IMG/VR virus record: IMGVR_UViG_3300042402_004854
Span: 1 to 64,000 of that record
Strand: one strand, 5' to 3'
Origin: a virus
Lineage: Duplodnaviria > Heunggongvirae > Uroviricota > Caudoviricetes
DNA: 64,000 bases
The notes below the pieces were generated by a model. The model did no database searches, was not told the DNA's origin, and saw nothing but the letters and a program-made list of their open reading frames with translations. This document shows positions 35,626 through 44,300 of this stretch, piece after piece (position 1 is the first letter of the stretch; each line of letters starts with the position of its first letter). The translations under genes were made by a program, and so were the position numbers.

Positions 35626-35983
35626 TTAATCTTTCGAAAAAAACTATTTCTTTGCAAACATCCGCACCAACTATGTGTTTGTCTCGGTAATCTGAACCTT
35701 TGACCATGGCATCGTGTTGGCTAATCAGTGTTATCAATTCTTCATCTGTGTTAAATACCACCACTTGATCAACTGCTCGCAAATGCCGTAACAAGTCGGC
35801 ACGTTCTGCCATGCTATTGATGGGACGGCTGTGCCCTTTTAGTTGTTTTACTCGTCGATCGCTGTCAATGGCCACTGTCAACCAGTCACCTTGCCTTCGC
35901 GCAAATGTCAGCAATTCCAAATGCCCTCGATGTAAGATATCAAATGTGCCATTCACAAATATTTTTTTCATTGTGCCTGCCAA
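35579..35983 (-). CDS. D-beta-D-heptose-1-phosphate adenylyltransferase (HldE C-domain/RfaE2-like cytidylyltransferase fold)
   Basis: KKIFVNGTFDILHRGHLELLTFARRQGDWLTVAIDSDRRVKQLKGHSRPIN aligns with the HldE C-terminus [50 protein letters not shown]. Confidence 0.8.
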   Translation of the reverse strand: MAGTMKKIFVNGTFDILHRGHLELLTFARRQGDWLTVAIDSDRRVKQLKGHSRPINSMAERADLLRHLRAVDQVVVFNTDEELITLISQHDAMVKGSDYRDKHIVGADVCKEIVFFERLNGYSTTEKIQHIVNR

Positions 35984-36771
35984 TCTTTAACATGGTAATG
36001 AAATGCACCTGTTTGTGGCACAGTTTGTATGCGCAGTCGTAGGTCCTGGTATTCCCAAACTAGTTCTTTGGGCCAGGCTTCAGTACGTGTACCGGCTATG
36101 TGTCGTTTCATGTGTACAATCTTTGGGTATGTGCTGAATGGCATTGTCACACGGTCTGGCCCCATGATTTCGGCGGCCATAGCGTACACCAGGTCAGTTG
36201 ACGGTACTTCGTCAGGAAACTTTATGAGTTTTTTAAACTCTGCCCAATTGGCAAATATATCTCGTACCCAGCCAAAAAACTCTTTTGCAGTTTCACTGCG
36301 CCGCCAGTACGTGACAGCATTGTACACGTCGGGCAAGTTGTTGACATCAAACACTCTGCGGTAATGTCTTGCTGTGCTGATGTTATCTTTCCAATCTCTA
36401 CAGCCTGTTGATATCACAACGTCACGATGTCTAAGCTGTGTCCACCAATGGTCAATGGGACTCACAATCAACATGTCTGCTTCTAGTTTGATGGTCTCAC
36501 GAAATGGTGTGAGTCTGAACAGTTGTGCATCATTGGCAAATGGATTCACATCAGGCACAATCTGTCTATGATGATCATACAAGGGGTCGGTGTAAGGGCT
36601 GTCTGTGACTAGACAAATACGTGCCGAAGGATCCCAATATCTTATAGTCTTGGCCAAGGTGCGGGCGCAGTCCTGGTAATCCACTGTGTCGCTGTTGACT
36701 GCAACAATCACATAACCTTGTTCATCTGCTGGCTGCAACAATGGCCTCCAGGTGTTTTTTGCACATGGCAT
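35968..36771 (-). CDS. hypothetical protein, GT-A-like nucleotide-sugar transferase candidate (paralogue of 36722..37579)
   Basis: GYVIVAVNSDTVDYQDCARTLAKTIRYWDPSARICLVTD parallels VLIFAFNNGATDYLAMAAWSAKNISRHLNLPVAVVTD in the neighbouring gene. Confidence 0.45.
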   Translation of the reverse strand: MPCAKNTWRPLLQPADEQGYVIVAVNSDTVDYQDCARTLAKTIRYWDPSARICLVTDSPYTDPLYDHHRQIVPDVNPFANDAQLFRLTPFRETIKLEADMLIVSPIDHWWTQLRHRDVVISTGCRDWKDNISTARHYRRVFDVNNLPDVYNAVTYWRRSETAKEFFGWVRDIFANWAEFKKLIKFPDEVPSTDLVYAMAAEIMGPDRVTMPFSTYPKIVHMKRHIAGTRTEAWPKELVWEYQDLRLRIQTVPQTGAFHYHVKDWQAQ

Positions 36772-37579
36772 GAAAATCCAAGCCCTGCCAACTCATGGTT
36801 TTCAATTTGCCTTCTGCATTGGTGTATTCAATTTCGTAACTGTCTGGGTCGACACAAGTTAATCGATGTTCGGGCAGGACATTGAGCATGGGTCGAAATA
36901 TAGTATGCACCGATTGTTCTGACCCTGCTACCAGGCCCAAGGCGATACTCAGCGCATAGTCATTGCGATAGTTGCTTTGATGGATACCGTACAGATCTCG
37001 GTAGTGTTGCCAGTTGGCTCGTATCATTTGCATGCTATCAAATATGTATTGACTGACGTTGCCACGACGGAACATCATCACAGTGGCCCACCACATGGGC
37101 ATGTTGTACTCACCAAATGTTTCAAGATTGGACATGTTGCTGGGGTCAAATGCATCCTGAAAGGCTGCAAACTGTTGTGGTAATTTCAATACATCCAATA
37201 GTGAGTCACTGGCCACAACATAGTCAGCGTCTAGTACCAGAGTTTGATCAAAGGGTGACAGTTCGTAAGCATTGATGCGTCCAGCATTGTGCCAGGTCAC
37301 TGTGGTACCGTAGTCTGCAAAGTGTCTTGATCCGCCAGTGTCTGGCACCGTGGCAATGATGTGTTCAAATCGGTGTTGTGCCGCAGCCGCTTCGGGTGCA
37401 TCTGTGACCACTGCCACAGGCAAGTTCAAGTGGCGACTAATATTCTTTGCACTCCATGCTGCCATGGCAAGGTAATCTGTTGCCCCATTGTTAAAGGCAA
37501 AGATCAACACACCTTGACTCAACGTTTTTTGTTTAACTCGTCCCATTCCACTTTCCATGCGTTCATTTGTTCTTGCCAA
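36722..37579 (-). CDS. hypothetical protein, GT-A-like glycosyltransferase candidate with DxD (LVLDADYVV)
   Basis: N-terminal Rossmann-like segment followed by a DAD motif; 285 aa. Confidence 0.5.
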   Translation of the reverse strand: MARTNERMESGMGRVKQKTLSQGVLIFAFNNGATDYLAMAAWSAKNISRHLNLPVAVVTDAPEAAAAQHRFEHIIATVPDTGGSRHFADYGTTVTWHNAGRINAYELSPFDQTLVLDADYVVASDSLLDVLKLPQQFAAFQDAFDPSNMSNLETFGEYNMPMWWATVMMFRRGNVSQYIFDSMQMIRANWQHYRDLYGIHQSNYRNDYALSIALGLVAGSEQSVHTIFRPMLNVLPEHRLTCVDPDSYEIEYTNAEGKLKTMSWQGLDFHAMCKKHLEAIVAASR

Positions 37580-37827
37580 CGTTCGTGTGCTCGAGCAAAC
37601 AAGTCTGTTACTGTAATTTTAACAGGAGTCTCATACAAGTCTAGTATCACAACATCCTTGTCTTGTGCGCAGGCCAATAGTACAGTCAGCAGTTCTGGAC
37701 CAGCACGCCACATTCCACCGGCGTGGGCAAAAACCATTTTGGCTTCGTATTTTTCTTTGAGCACACGTCGGGCGGCTGCATGATCAAATCGGGCTCGTGC
37801 GTGAGCAACTAGGGCATCAGTATCCAT
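37519..37827 (-). CDS. hypothetical protein (102 aa), first gene of the biosynthetic block downstream of the terminator
   Basis: ORF track; 61-nt overlap with the next gene. Confidence 0.45.
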   Translation of the reverse strand: MDTDALVAHARARFDHAAARRVLKEKYEAKMVFAHAGGMWRAGPELLTVLLACAQDKDVVILDLYETPVKITVTDLFARAHERWQEQMNAWKVEWDELNKKR

Positions 37828-37856
37828 AATTGATTGTACAGGAAAAGCAGAGAAAA

Positions 37857-37880
37857 GTCTAGGGGCAACTGCCCCTTTTG
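37857..37880 (-). terminator. GC-rich hairpin (AGGGGCA-N2-TGCCCCT) flanked by A- and T-tracts; candidate intrinsic (bidirectional) terminator
   Basis: aggggcaactgcccct at 37861-37876, with tttt on the + side and cttttctctgctttt on the - side. Sits in the only ~54-nt gap between the structural and biosynthetic gene blocks. Confidence 0.35.
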
Positions 37881-37881
37881 A

Positions 37882-38832
37882 TTAAGTTGTTGTAGCGGCC
37901 ACAGTGGGTGTGCCCCAGGTATTGGTTAAATTGGTTATTTCTGGTGGGAAATAGGTAACAATGGTACAAGGTGCTGTGCCAGGTGTGGCACCGGTTGGCG
38001 CTGTGCCACCGGTGATTGGATCACCGTCACTGGCAGACCAAAGAGTGGTGATTGTTAACGCTGTTGAACCGGCGTTTTTGGCAATGGTGTGTTGGATAAA
38101 GTTGGCGGTATAAGGTGCTGTGTCAGCAAACTGTTTGTACACAATGGTACCAGCTGCGCCGGCCACAAGGGCGTCCCACCCTGTACCAGTGCTGAGTGTG
38201 TTTGGTGTGCCGGTGCCACCAACTTTGGTTGTTCCAGTATAAGCAGTTCCGGCTATAGTGTGCGAGGTGGCCAGACCAGAAATGTAAATATCTCCACACA
38301 ATGTACTAGCCAAATCATTCCATTCTGGATCTCCAGTAGCACCAGTTGAGCTTTTTGCCACGTCAATTTTGACCAGCCCGCCGGCATTGAAAAAATAACT
38401 TGCCGCTGCTGAACTAGCAAATGTTACCGTGTTGGTAAATGTGATGGTCCATGTTGCGCCCGAAGTGGCTGTGGTTTTGCTGTTGGTTCCGGTCCAGGCA
38501 GTGTATTGAGTGCCCAGTGCATAAGCGTTGTACCGATTGGTATACACACTGTTTAGGTCAGTCTGTACATTGGCTAAAATGCCAATGATATTCCCAGTAA
38601 CTGGTGCTGTTCTTGATGTAATAGTTGTGTTTGTATGTGTACCGTAGCTGCTGATTTTGTTAACCAAGTTTGCCCATTGAGTTGCAGTCACAGTGCCTGT
38701 GGCTGTGACCGCAGCAACTACAGTTTGCCCGTATGCGTTACCAATTGCATTGACACTGTTGGTACCAGCTGTGACAAAAGTGTTGTAGTCTGTTGCTTGA
38801 ATTAAACCGCCTGAACTGTACGTCATTACCAA
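37882..38832 (-). CDS. Thr/Gly/Ala-rich virion structural (fibre-like) protein
   Basis: 316 aa, very high T/G/A/N content typical of beta-rich fibre proteins; co-oriented with tail-fibre and baseplate genes. Confidence 0.6.
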   Translation of the reverse strand: MVMTYSSGGLIQATDYNTFVTAGTNSVNAIGNAYGQTVVAAVTATGTVTATQWANLVNKISSYGTHTNTTITSRTAPVTGNIIGILANVQTDLNSVYTNRYNAYALGTQYTAWTGTNSKTTATSGATWTITFTNTVTFASSAAASYFFNAGGLVKIDVAKSSTGATGDPEWNDLASTLCGDIYISGLATSHTIAGTAYTGTTKVGGTGTPNTLSTGTGWDALVAGAAGTIVYKQFADTAPYTANFIQHTIAKNAGSTALTITTLWSASDGDPITGGTAPTGATPGTAPCTIVTYFPPEITNLTNTWGTPTVAATTT

Positions 38833-38840
38833 TTACCTCG

Positions 38841-40568
38841 TTATTTTATTGTTACAATTGCTTCTATTGGGCCTGTGTTTTGTGATAATTTATCTTCTAA
38901 CGCACGACCTATTGTGTTAAATGCAGTTGCTTCGCCAGGTGCTGCTGCTCGGGCTATGCCATTACCTGCACTAACCAGTCGGTCACCCTTTTTAACCGAG
39001 CCAACAACTGTGACCGGAACTCGTCCAGTCATAGCTACTTTGGGGTGGGTATCATCGTCACCAGCGCCGCCGTTCATTGTGTATGCTGGTCTGGTACTTA
39101 TCACTCCAAACACATTTTCACTCAATGGCGTGCGCGAACGAGTAATTTCTTTTGTGCCTCCTAATTCAACCACAGTACCTGGTTCTAAAAATTCATCAGC
39201 AGCAAAACGTTCTGCAACGTCAGCATAAAGTGCTGTGGTTGCTGTGGCAAATATTTGATTGAAATAGTTAGAGCTTGATCCAATGTTGCCAACAGCATTA
39301 GCACCCACTTTGGATATGCTTGATACACTGAGTATGTTGGCATACATTGTGGTTGAATCAACCACAATAACATTGGCAGTTCCAGCAACCGACATACTGA
39401 TGTTACCGTCGGCAACTCCAATACGCACATTCGAAGTTCCGTTTTCAATTTTACTAACAGAAATAGCTGCACTGATACCAGTTAGCTGACTTCCGTTACC
39501 AATAAAATATGTAGCGGCTGCATTTCCAGCACTGGTAATGTTTCCAGTTGAACTAATCAATCCAGTGGTGCGTACATTGCCAGCTTGTACATTTCCAACC
39601 ACTGTGACCAGCCCACTCATGATCAAATTTGCACCTGCAATGTTGGCTGATGATGTTATGTTACCTGCTGCTGTGATCAGTCCAGAAGTATCAATATTGC
39701 CGCCGGTGATATTGCCAGTAGAATTTATAATACCGCCGGTTAAAATGTTGCCACCGGTTACATTGCCAGTGGCGCTTACAAATCCTGACAAACTTGCATT
39801 GGCTGTGGTCAAATTACCTGTGGAAGAAATTTGTCCAACTGTTCGTATGTTTCCACCAGCAACATTACCAGTCACATTTAACGAACTAACAATGTTACCA
39901 GACAAGCTGGCTCCAACTCCATTGAAGTAACTGCCAGTTACATTACCAGTCACGCTGACCACATTGCCAGCATAAGTGGTACTATTTGCCAAGGCCACAT
40001 TTAATGTTATTCCAGCATAAATGAAAGGAAAAGATGTATTAATTGGAGCAGCAGGAGTAAAAGCATCTTGGCTGATTACAGCAACTCTGACATTGTTCAC
40101 ATAGATTGTGGTCACAAGATGTGGTGCAGCAGTGTTATCATTGATGGTTTCAGGGATTGCACCAGCTGTGCCGGTTGCACTTGAGTAAGCAGGTCCCACG
40201 GTCAAAAACGTAGCACCGGTCCATACTTTGAGCTGTTGATTACTGGTGTCATACCATAACTCGCCGGTTACATTGTTGCCGGGAGCAGTGGAAGAAGCAG
40301 TGGCTGCGTTGACAACTTTCCACGCAGTCCCTTGATATACTTTGAGTAAGTTGTTGGTCTTGTCCCACCAAAGTTGCCCTGTAAGTGGTGCGGGCGGTGC
40401 TGTTGGGTTACTAGAATTTTCTAGCGCATGTATAAAATTTTCATCTAAAAACTCTCCGTACCCGGCATAGTTTTTACCTACCAAAATCATACTTGAGGCG
40501 GTATTAACGGTGCCATCTGGAATGGTAGCAAAAATTGTACCATCTGTTAAATTAATTGTATATGCCAT
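38841..40568 (-). CDS. tail fibre protein with N-terminal phage-fibre repeats and central ~18-aa tandem repeats
   Basis: N-terminal twin motifs GQLWWDKTNNLLKVYQGTAWKVV and GELWYDTSNQQLKVWTGATFLTV (phage tail-fibre repeat type). Central (S/T)TGN(I/V)TGGNI periodic repeats. Confidence 0.65.
   Translation of the reverse strand: MAYTINLTDGTIFATIPDGTVNTASSMILVGKNYAGYGEFLDENFIHALENSSNPTAPPAPLTGQLWWDKTNNLLKVYQGTAWKVVNAATASSTAPGNNVTGELWYDTSNQQLKVWTGATFLTVGPAYSSATGTAGAIPETINDNTAAPHLVTTIYVNNVRVAVISQDAFTPAAPINTSFPFIYAGITLNVALANSTTYAGNVVSVTGNVTGSYFNGVGASLSGNIVSSLNVTGNVAGGNIRTVGQISSTGNLTTANASLSGFVSATGNVTGGNILTGGIINSTGNITGGNIDTSGLITAAGNITSSANIAGANLIMSGLVTVVGNVQAGNVRTTGLISSTGNITSAGNAAATYFIGNGSQLTGISAAISVSKIENGTSNVRIGVADGNISMSVAGTANVIVVDSTTMYANILSVSSISKVGANAVGNIGSSSNYFNQIFATATTALYADVAERFAADEFLEPGTVVELGGTKEITRSRTPLSENVFGVISTRPAYTMNGGAGDDDTHPKVAMTGRVPVTVVGSVKKGDRLVSAGNGIARAAAPGEATAFNTIGRALEDKLSQNTGPIEAIVTIK
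39519..39971 (-). repeat. in-frame periodic repeat (~18 aa: xTGNVTGGNIxTGGIINS) within the tail fibre gene
   Basis: Protein positions ~200-350: SATGNVTGGNILTGGIIN / STGNITGGNIDTSGLITA / AGNITSSANIAGANLIMS / VVGNVQAGNVRTTGLISS. The DNA shows matching periodicity (ttgccagt, ttaccagt). Confidence 0.5.
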
Positions 40569-40590
40569 GACTGCTTACCTATTCCTTGTT

Positions 40591-41196
40591 TTACACTGCA
40601 TTAATATTGCTCAATGTTTGTATTCGCAATGTGTAATCTATTTGAATTTGTCTATTCAAACTTTTTTGCACTGGGTGGAATACCACATGTGTAATTAAAC
40701 GCAAATTACTGGCCGAGCCATTCCAGGCTTTTAGCCCCAATTCATCAAACACAAATTCTCCATTGAAATTAGTGCTGTTGTCAAATGCTTGTTGCCCTGC
40801 TGGTTCACCGTAATCAAGCAAGCAGGTAACCAAAATGTCTGAGTATGCTGTGCCAGCAGTATGAAGCACTGTTAGTTTGTTATTTTCTGGATCGGTGTCT
40901 GCTGCAGAATTATCATCTACTACTTTTGCATAAGTTTGATTGTACAATGCTGCATTTTGTCCAGTGGTATTTGGAGGCAAATATGTAATGACACCAGTGG
41001 GATCAACTGAACTACCGCCGTTGCCAAATGCCATTTGATAAATGTAACCCAATTCTCTATCAGCTAGGCACTGAGCCATTGCAATGCTCATATTTTCATA
41101 ATGGATAGCATTTGTTTTATCCACAAAAATTTCGCCTGAACTTGGGTCAAAAATTTTAACAAACCCTTGAATTTTACATAGTCCCGGAGTGATCAT
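40591..41196 (-). CDS. virion structural protein (201 aa)
   Basis: ORF track; position between the giant structural gene and the fibre gene. Confidence 0.5.
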   Translation of the reverse strand: MITPGLCKIQGFVKIFDPSSGEIFVDKTNAIHYENMSIAMAQCLADRELGYIYQMAFGNGGSSVDPTGVITYLPPNTTGQNAALYNQTYAKVVDDNSAADTDPENNKLTVLHTAGTAYSDILVTCLLDYGEPAGQQAFDNSTNFNGEFVFDELGLKAWNGSASNLRLITHVVFHPVQKSLNRQIQIDYTLRIQTLSNINAV

Positions 41197-41357
41197 CCTC
41201 GAGTCTCCACAATAGTTTTATTTGTAATTGGGTCAAAAATACGCATATGAGCTTGCAAACTTATGGTGCCCGTTTCGTTAGGCCGTCGTGGGGCTGGTGT
41301 TTTAACAACTGTTGGTTGAGTATTTTCCAAATTTTTTGGTGTATTTGACATGGTCAT
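41193..41357 (-). CDS. hypothetical small protein (54 aa; MTMSNTPKNLENTQPTVVKTPAPRRPNETG...)
   Basis: ATG at 41357, twelve nt after the giant gene stop. The TGA overlaps the ATG of 40591..41196 (ATGA). Below the ORF-track size cutoff. Confidence 0.4.
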   Translation of the reverse strand: MTMSNTPKNLENTQPTVVKTPAPRRPNETGTISLQAHMRIFDPITNKTIVETRG

Positions 41358-41369
41358 TTATTTATCCGC

Positions 41370-44300
41370 TTATAATCCACGTAGAAATCTTGCGGGGATA
41401 GTGTTAGTCTCCTGCAATGCTATACCGTCACTGGGTGTTGTGGTGCCCGGTGCATACCAAGTTACCCCACGGCGTTGCAAAATAGTAACTTCTACCCCGT
41501 TTGGTGGAGGAGTCAGTTGTGGTGTCACATCGTAATTTACCACAAATTCAATTTGTGCTGGTGTACCCGAAACCACGTTGTACCGATACTGGCTTGTTGC
41601 AGTGGTATCGCTGTATGCATACTGTCTAGTGCCGCCAACATACACTTCCAGACTTCTAGCAAATGAATCAAAAGTGCCACTGAATGTGCTTGTTGTGATA
41701 TTGTCTGCGGAGAACACTGTGGTTGCACCGTTGGCCACCGTGGTTTTGCTGACCACATAGTCTTGATATTGTGCTTGCATCAAATTGTCTACTCCAAAGC
41801 TATAAACATTTGCGGCAGCAGTGTGATCAGCCGCGCCAGTGCCACCGGTGCCTCGTTGTAAACCGCTCAAGGTGTTGTTGGCAAGATCGCGCACACGATA
41901 AAGAATACGTTCGCCATCAATGCTGATTGCACCAAAAAGTCCTTGTGCCAAGTCTGGTTCATTGAGAGCTCCAGCATCATCAACATAAATTACATCAGCT
42001 GTGGCTGATAAATCTTGTGCCAGTGTTGTGGTAGTTGTGGCTGTTATTCTGTAGGTTGCTTGTACTCCACGCATGTCTTGGAAAATTCTAAATGTCAGTG
42101 CATCTGGCACAAGATTTTCTGTAAATTCAGTCACTGCCAAAACTTGTGCAGGCCCAATCGCTCCCGAACTCAATATTAGATATTCTCCACTGACCGTAAA
42201 ATCAATACCCTCACTTAGACGATACCCGTCAAGTGTGACCCACAAACGGTTTGCAGTTGCATATCGATTCAAGAAAAAGTCGTTGTTGGCGGTTACTACA
42301 CCAATTTGATAAGAGAATGTACCAGGACCACCAGACACTGTGCCTTCGTCAAACAGTGTGTCATCAAAGCCTTCTTCGATTGTTACACCACTGTATACCG
42401 GGCCCTCGAATACCAGGGTTGAAATGTCTTGTTGTGCAGTGTCATTCCAGGTTGTCACAGCCACTTGATCATTTTGGTTCAATGGTGCTGAAATTTCCAA
42501 TAAATTACCGGTCACATAATAATCTGCTACTGTGCTCACACTGATTAAAATTATGGCTCCAGATTCTGGTGGTGTGTTGAATACCACTTGACGGCCTGGT
42601 ACGTTGCTACCACTCCAGTTGGTAACTACATAATCGCCCACTACACTACCAACGCTTTGAACTTGCAACGCATTGTCAATCCAGACTGTGATGTCTGTTG
42701 CAGAATTAATAATTTGTTGGCTGTACCCACCGCGTTGTGGTAATCCAAAGCTGATAGAACTGTCATCACCAAACCACTCAATACATTCATATGGACGCAA
42801 TCTCAAACCATTGCGTGTAACCACCATGTTGGCGGGATTTGATCCGCCAACATAATTTGATAATGTTATAGTTTTTGTTGATGCAATGGTGCTGTCAACC
42901 ACAACATTTTGAGTCTGTGGTGTGCTCCAACCGTATTGAACTGGCGTAGTGTATCCTAGGGCTGCAACAAAAACTCCGTCAGAGGCCGAGTAAGAATTGT
43001 TGAATTCAATCAATGACAAAGTGGTTGGCACAAACAGTGTCCAATAAACAGTGTTGGTTATTTCAATGCCAACTGGAACATCAACAATGGCCCTAAAATA
43101 TGAACCACTGTATGTGACCACATCTAGTCTAGAATAACTATTTGTAATTGCCCAAGCAGTGTTTGGGTAGTATGCACTCCATGTTGCTCCAGTTTCAGCT
43201 TGACCATTTACAATCACAGCAAGTTGTTGTATTTGCGCAGCATTGACTGGAATTATAACTGTGTCATTTGCAAAGTCAGCACCGGTATAATTCTGTCTAA
43301 ACAATTCGCTGCCACCACCTAAACTGTATATTTGAATATTGATGATGTCGTCGGTTGAGGCGTTTAACACTGTGACTGTTTGATTGGTATAGTCAACAGT
43401 GTAATCAGTGCCCAAGAACAGGTCAGTTTGAGTTGTTGCGTTATAAACCAAGGCCACAACAGGCGCAGTGATTTTGGCATCTCCCCAAAAATATGTTGGC
43501 TCAGCAACATCGTAAAAATAACGAGCAGTACGAATTGCAAAGCCGTGTCCATCACCGGTCCAATCACTGCCGGGGCGTGTGTACACTCGGAAATCCATGG
43601 TGTCATATTCACTGCCATTGATCAATTCTTCAGGTGCATGACCTTCATATGGCCCAATAAATTCACCACCATTGACATTTATATCAGTTGGTCTAGTTCC
43701 AAGATATTGATCGGTAAAACTACTGGCATAAACAGCGTCAAGCGGAGTACTACTTAAAAAATCTGGGCCAAATACTTGAACTCCCGGATAGTCAACCCCA
43801 TTTACCAACAAAGGAAGGTCTATACCCGGCTGGTCAACACCAGGATTATAAAAGCCCATGGTGCGATCTATACCACTCAGTGCGCTGGCAGGTACAGGTG
43901 TCCAGTTTGTAAGGTCAAACGTGGGCCCTTCAACAGCAGTGCTGCCATCAGAGCTTTCAGCTTCCCAAACAGTGTTGTTGTATCTCACCAAGGTACCATT
44001 GTCATAACTGACATTTGGTTGCCAGTCAGTGATTTGACTTTGATATTGGTAACGGTCATATTTGATAACTGTTTTAAATGATCGTACCAAACCATTTGTC
44101 ATGACTGGATATGCAGTGGCACTGGTACCATTGCCACCAACAAAACTTATTGTGGGTGTGGTCAAATACCCAGATCCGCTGGTTAATACAGTAACGCTGA
44201 TCACTGCACCACTATCATTTATGGTTGCGTACATTGTAGCTGACTCAGTGGCATCCCCAGTTATTACCACCAGTGGTGCGGTAGTGTACCCGCTGCCGCC

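Noticed and set aside
39519-39971. Periodic ~54-nt DNA repeats that could superficially resemble a CRISPR-like array
   Set aside because: They lie inside a long open reading frame. They encode the in-frame (S/T)TGN(V/I)TGGNI fibre repeats. The units are diverged, not identical, and there are no spacers or cas genes.
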